A stretch of 64,000 bases of DNA from Balanoglossus misakiensis (Eukaryota > Animalia > Hemichordata). A program made the position numbers and the translations under genes. The stretch is from the NCBI GenBank assembly GCA_040954595.2, contig CM082581.2:9341878-9405877 (forward strand), read 5' to 3'. Position 1 is the first letter of the stretch. Each line of letters begins with the position of its first letter. The notes below the pieces were generated by a model. The model saw only the letters and a list, made by a program, of their open reading frames with translations. It did not search any database and had not been told where the DNA came from. Below are positions 62,836-64,000 of the stretch, one piece after another.

Positions 62836-64000
62836 ACATTATCATATGATCAATATTCATTACCCCTGTCTATGTTTAATAACAGAGAAAGTTCGCATAT
62901 TGAATCATTTTTGACGGACTGCGTCAGGCCTGCTTTTTCCCGAAAGGAAAACAGTTTTGTCGTGTGGTTGTGTGTTGGAGGTTGAAAAACAAAGGAGTAA
63001 CTCTGCAATGTGCACATGGGATGAGATCCTAGATCCAAAGTAGACTGTGACCACACTTGAATGATGATACATAAATGGCATGTGTTATCACCTTAAAATT
63101 CGTATTAAGGGGCTGCGCTCTTGTTAAACATGTATGCTCAAAGTCAAAGGTCATGGATACAACATAGATACCAAAGTACGTTTCATGATTTGAAGAATCC
63201 CCTTTCCGTTTGGCTACAGACTTTGCTTCTGCCAAAAGGCATAAAAATCTCTTTTGAGTTGAGGCGTTACGCTCTTCCCCGGCCACAGAACCCTGGCTAG
63301 AGTTCAAAGGTCACTGACAGGGAGTTTTGATTGATGCCCCGGGGTTCAATGCAGAAACTAGTCCTGCCACATGGCAGATGGAGGGGAGGGGGTCACTTCT
63401 CGGACAAATGGCACTGCACCCTGACAAAGTTCACGACACGAAATTGACAGTGTTACGAAAACCCGCTCAATCGTTGCTATAGACGCTCTGCACCCGAATG
63501 AACAAAAAGCCATAAATTTGTTGCTGAGTTGATGGAGATTTACTTAAAATGCTCAAAACATGTGTAAACCAAGCAGTTCCAACACTCTACACGTCCAATT
63601 ATGTCTCGGACACTCCGCAGATCTGCCAAGGAGAAAGCGGGCAGGGTTTTCTCTGTGTTAGCGAAATCTGTCAACCTTAGGCATAATCCGTCTCGACATA
63701 CTGTGCTCATTAATTAACAGTAGAAAGGGGGTCATTTTCCTAAAGTTACAAAACTAAATTTATCGACATTAAATTTTTTTTCGATACACCCGTACGAATA
63801 CAGCCGTTAGAATGCCCGCGAAGTGGTTTCTATGCACGCAACGATAGAGAAATGCGGTGAGGCGGTCTCAGAGACTCTTTTCACAAACTTATTTTTTTTG
63901 TATGGCCGGGAAAACATTTCAAAGAGGCGGATCCCTTTTCGTTGATTAACGATTCCCTGGCAAAGAAAAATATAACTGGCCACAATCTCGCCCCGATCTC

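Noticed and set aside
1-64000. CRISPR arrays, tRNA/rRNA genes, transposase or reverse-transcriptase ORFs
   Set aside because: None seen. The DNA is eukaryotic, and the repeats found are microsatellites, homopolymer G/C runs and one MITE.

Overview
This is eukaryotic, intron-rich invertebrate genomic DNA. The frequent TACATGTA motif and the gene set suggest a lophotrochozoan, probably a mollusc (inference). Most of the ORF track is noise, so genes were rebuilt by hand from GT-AG exons and reading-frame phase. Gene order: (1) a full-length adducin/hts gene (+, 12 coding exons, ~719 aa, C-terminal MARCKS motif RTPSFLKK); (2) a small secreted DUF4787-like gene (+); (3) three tandem head-only adducin paralogs (+, 7 exons each, 309-332 aa), with SDHAF3 (-) between copies 1 and 2; (4) a ~540-aa secreted protein built as signal peptide, Cys-rich module, Ig I-set, second Cys-rich module, 3 EGF, with two candidate signal-peptide first exons 8.4 kb apart; (5) the first exons of a divergent AHR-like bHLH(-PAS) gene that runs off the window. 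Two observations stand out. The head-only paralogs keep the class II aldolase HxH...H metal triad while the neighbouring full-length adducin has lost one ligand (H->E). The secreted protein carries a duplicated 12-Cys extracellular module I do not recognise.
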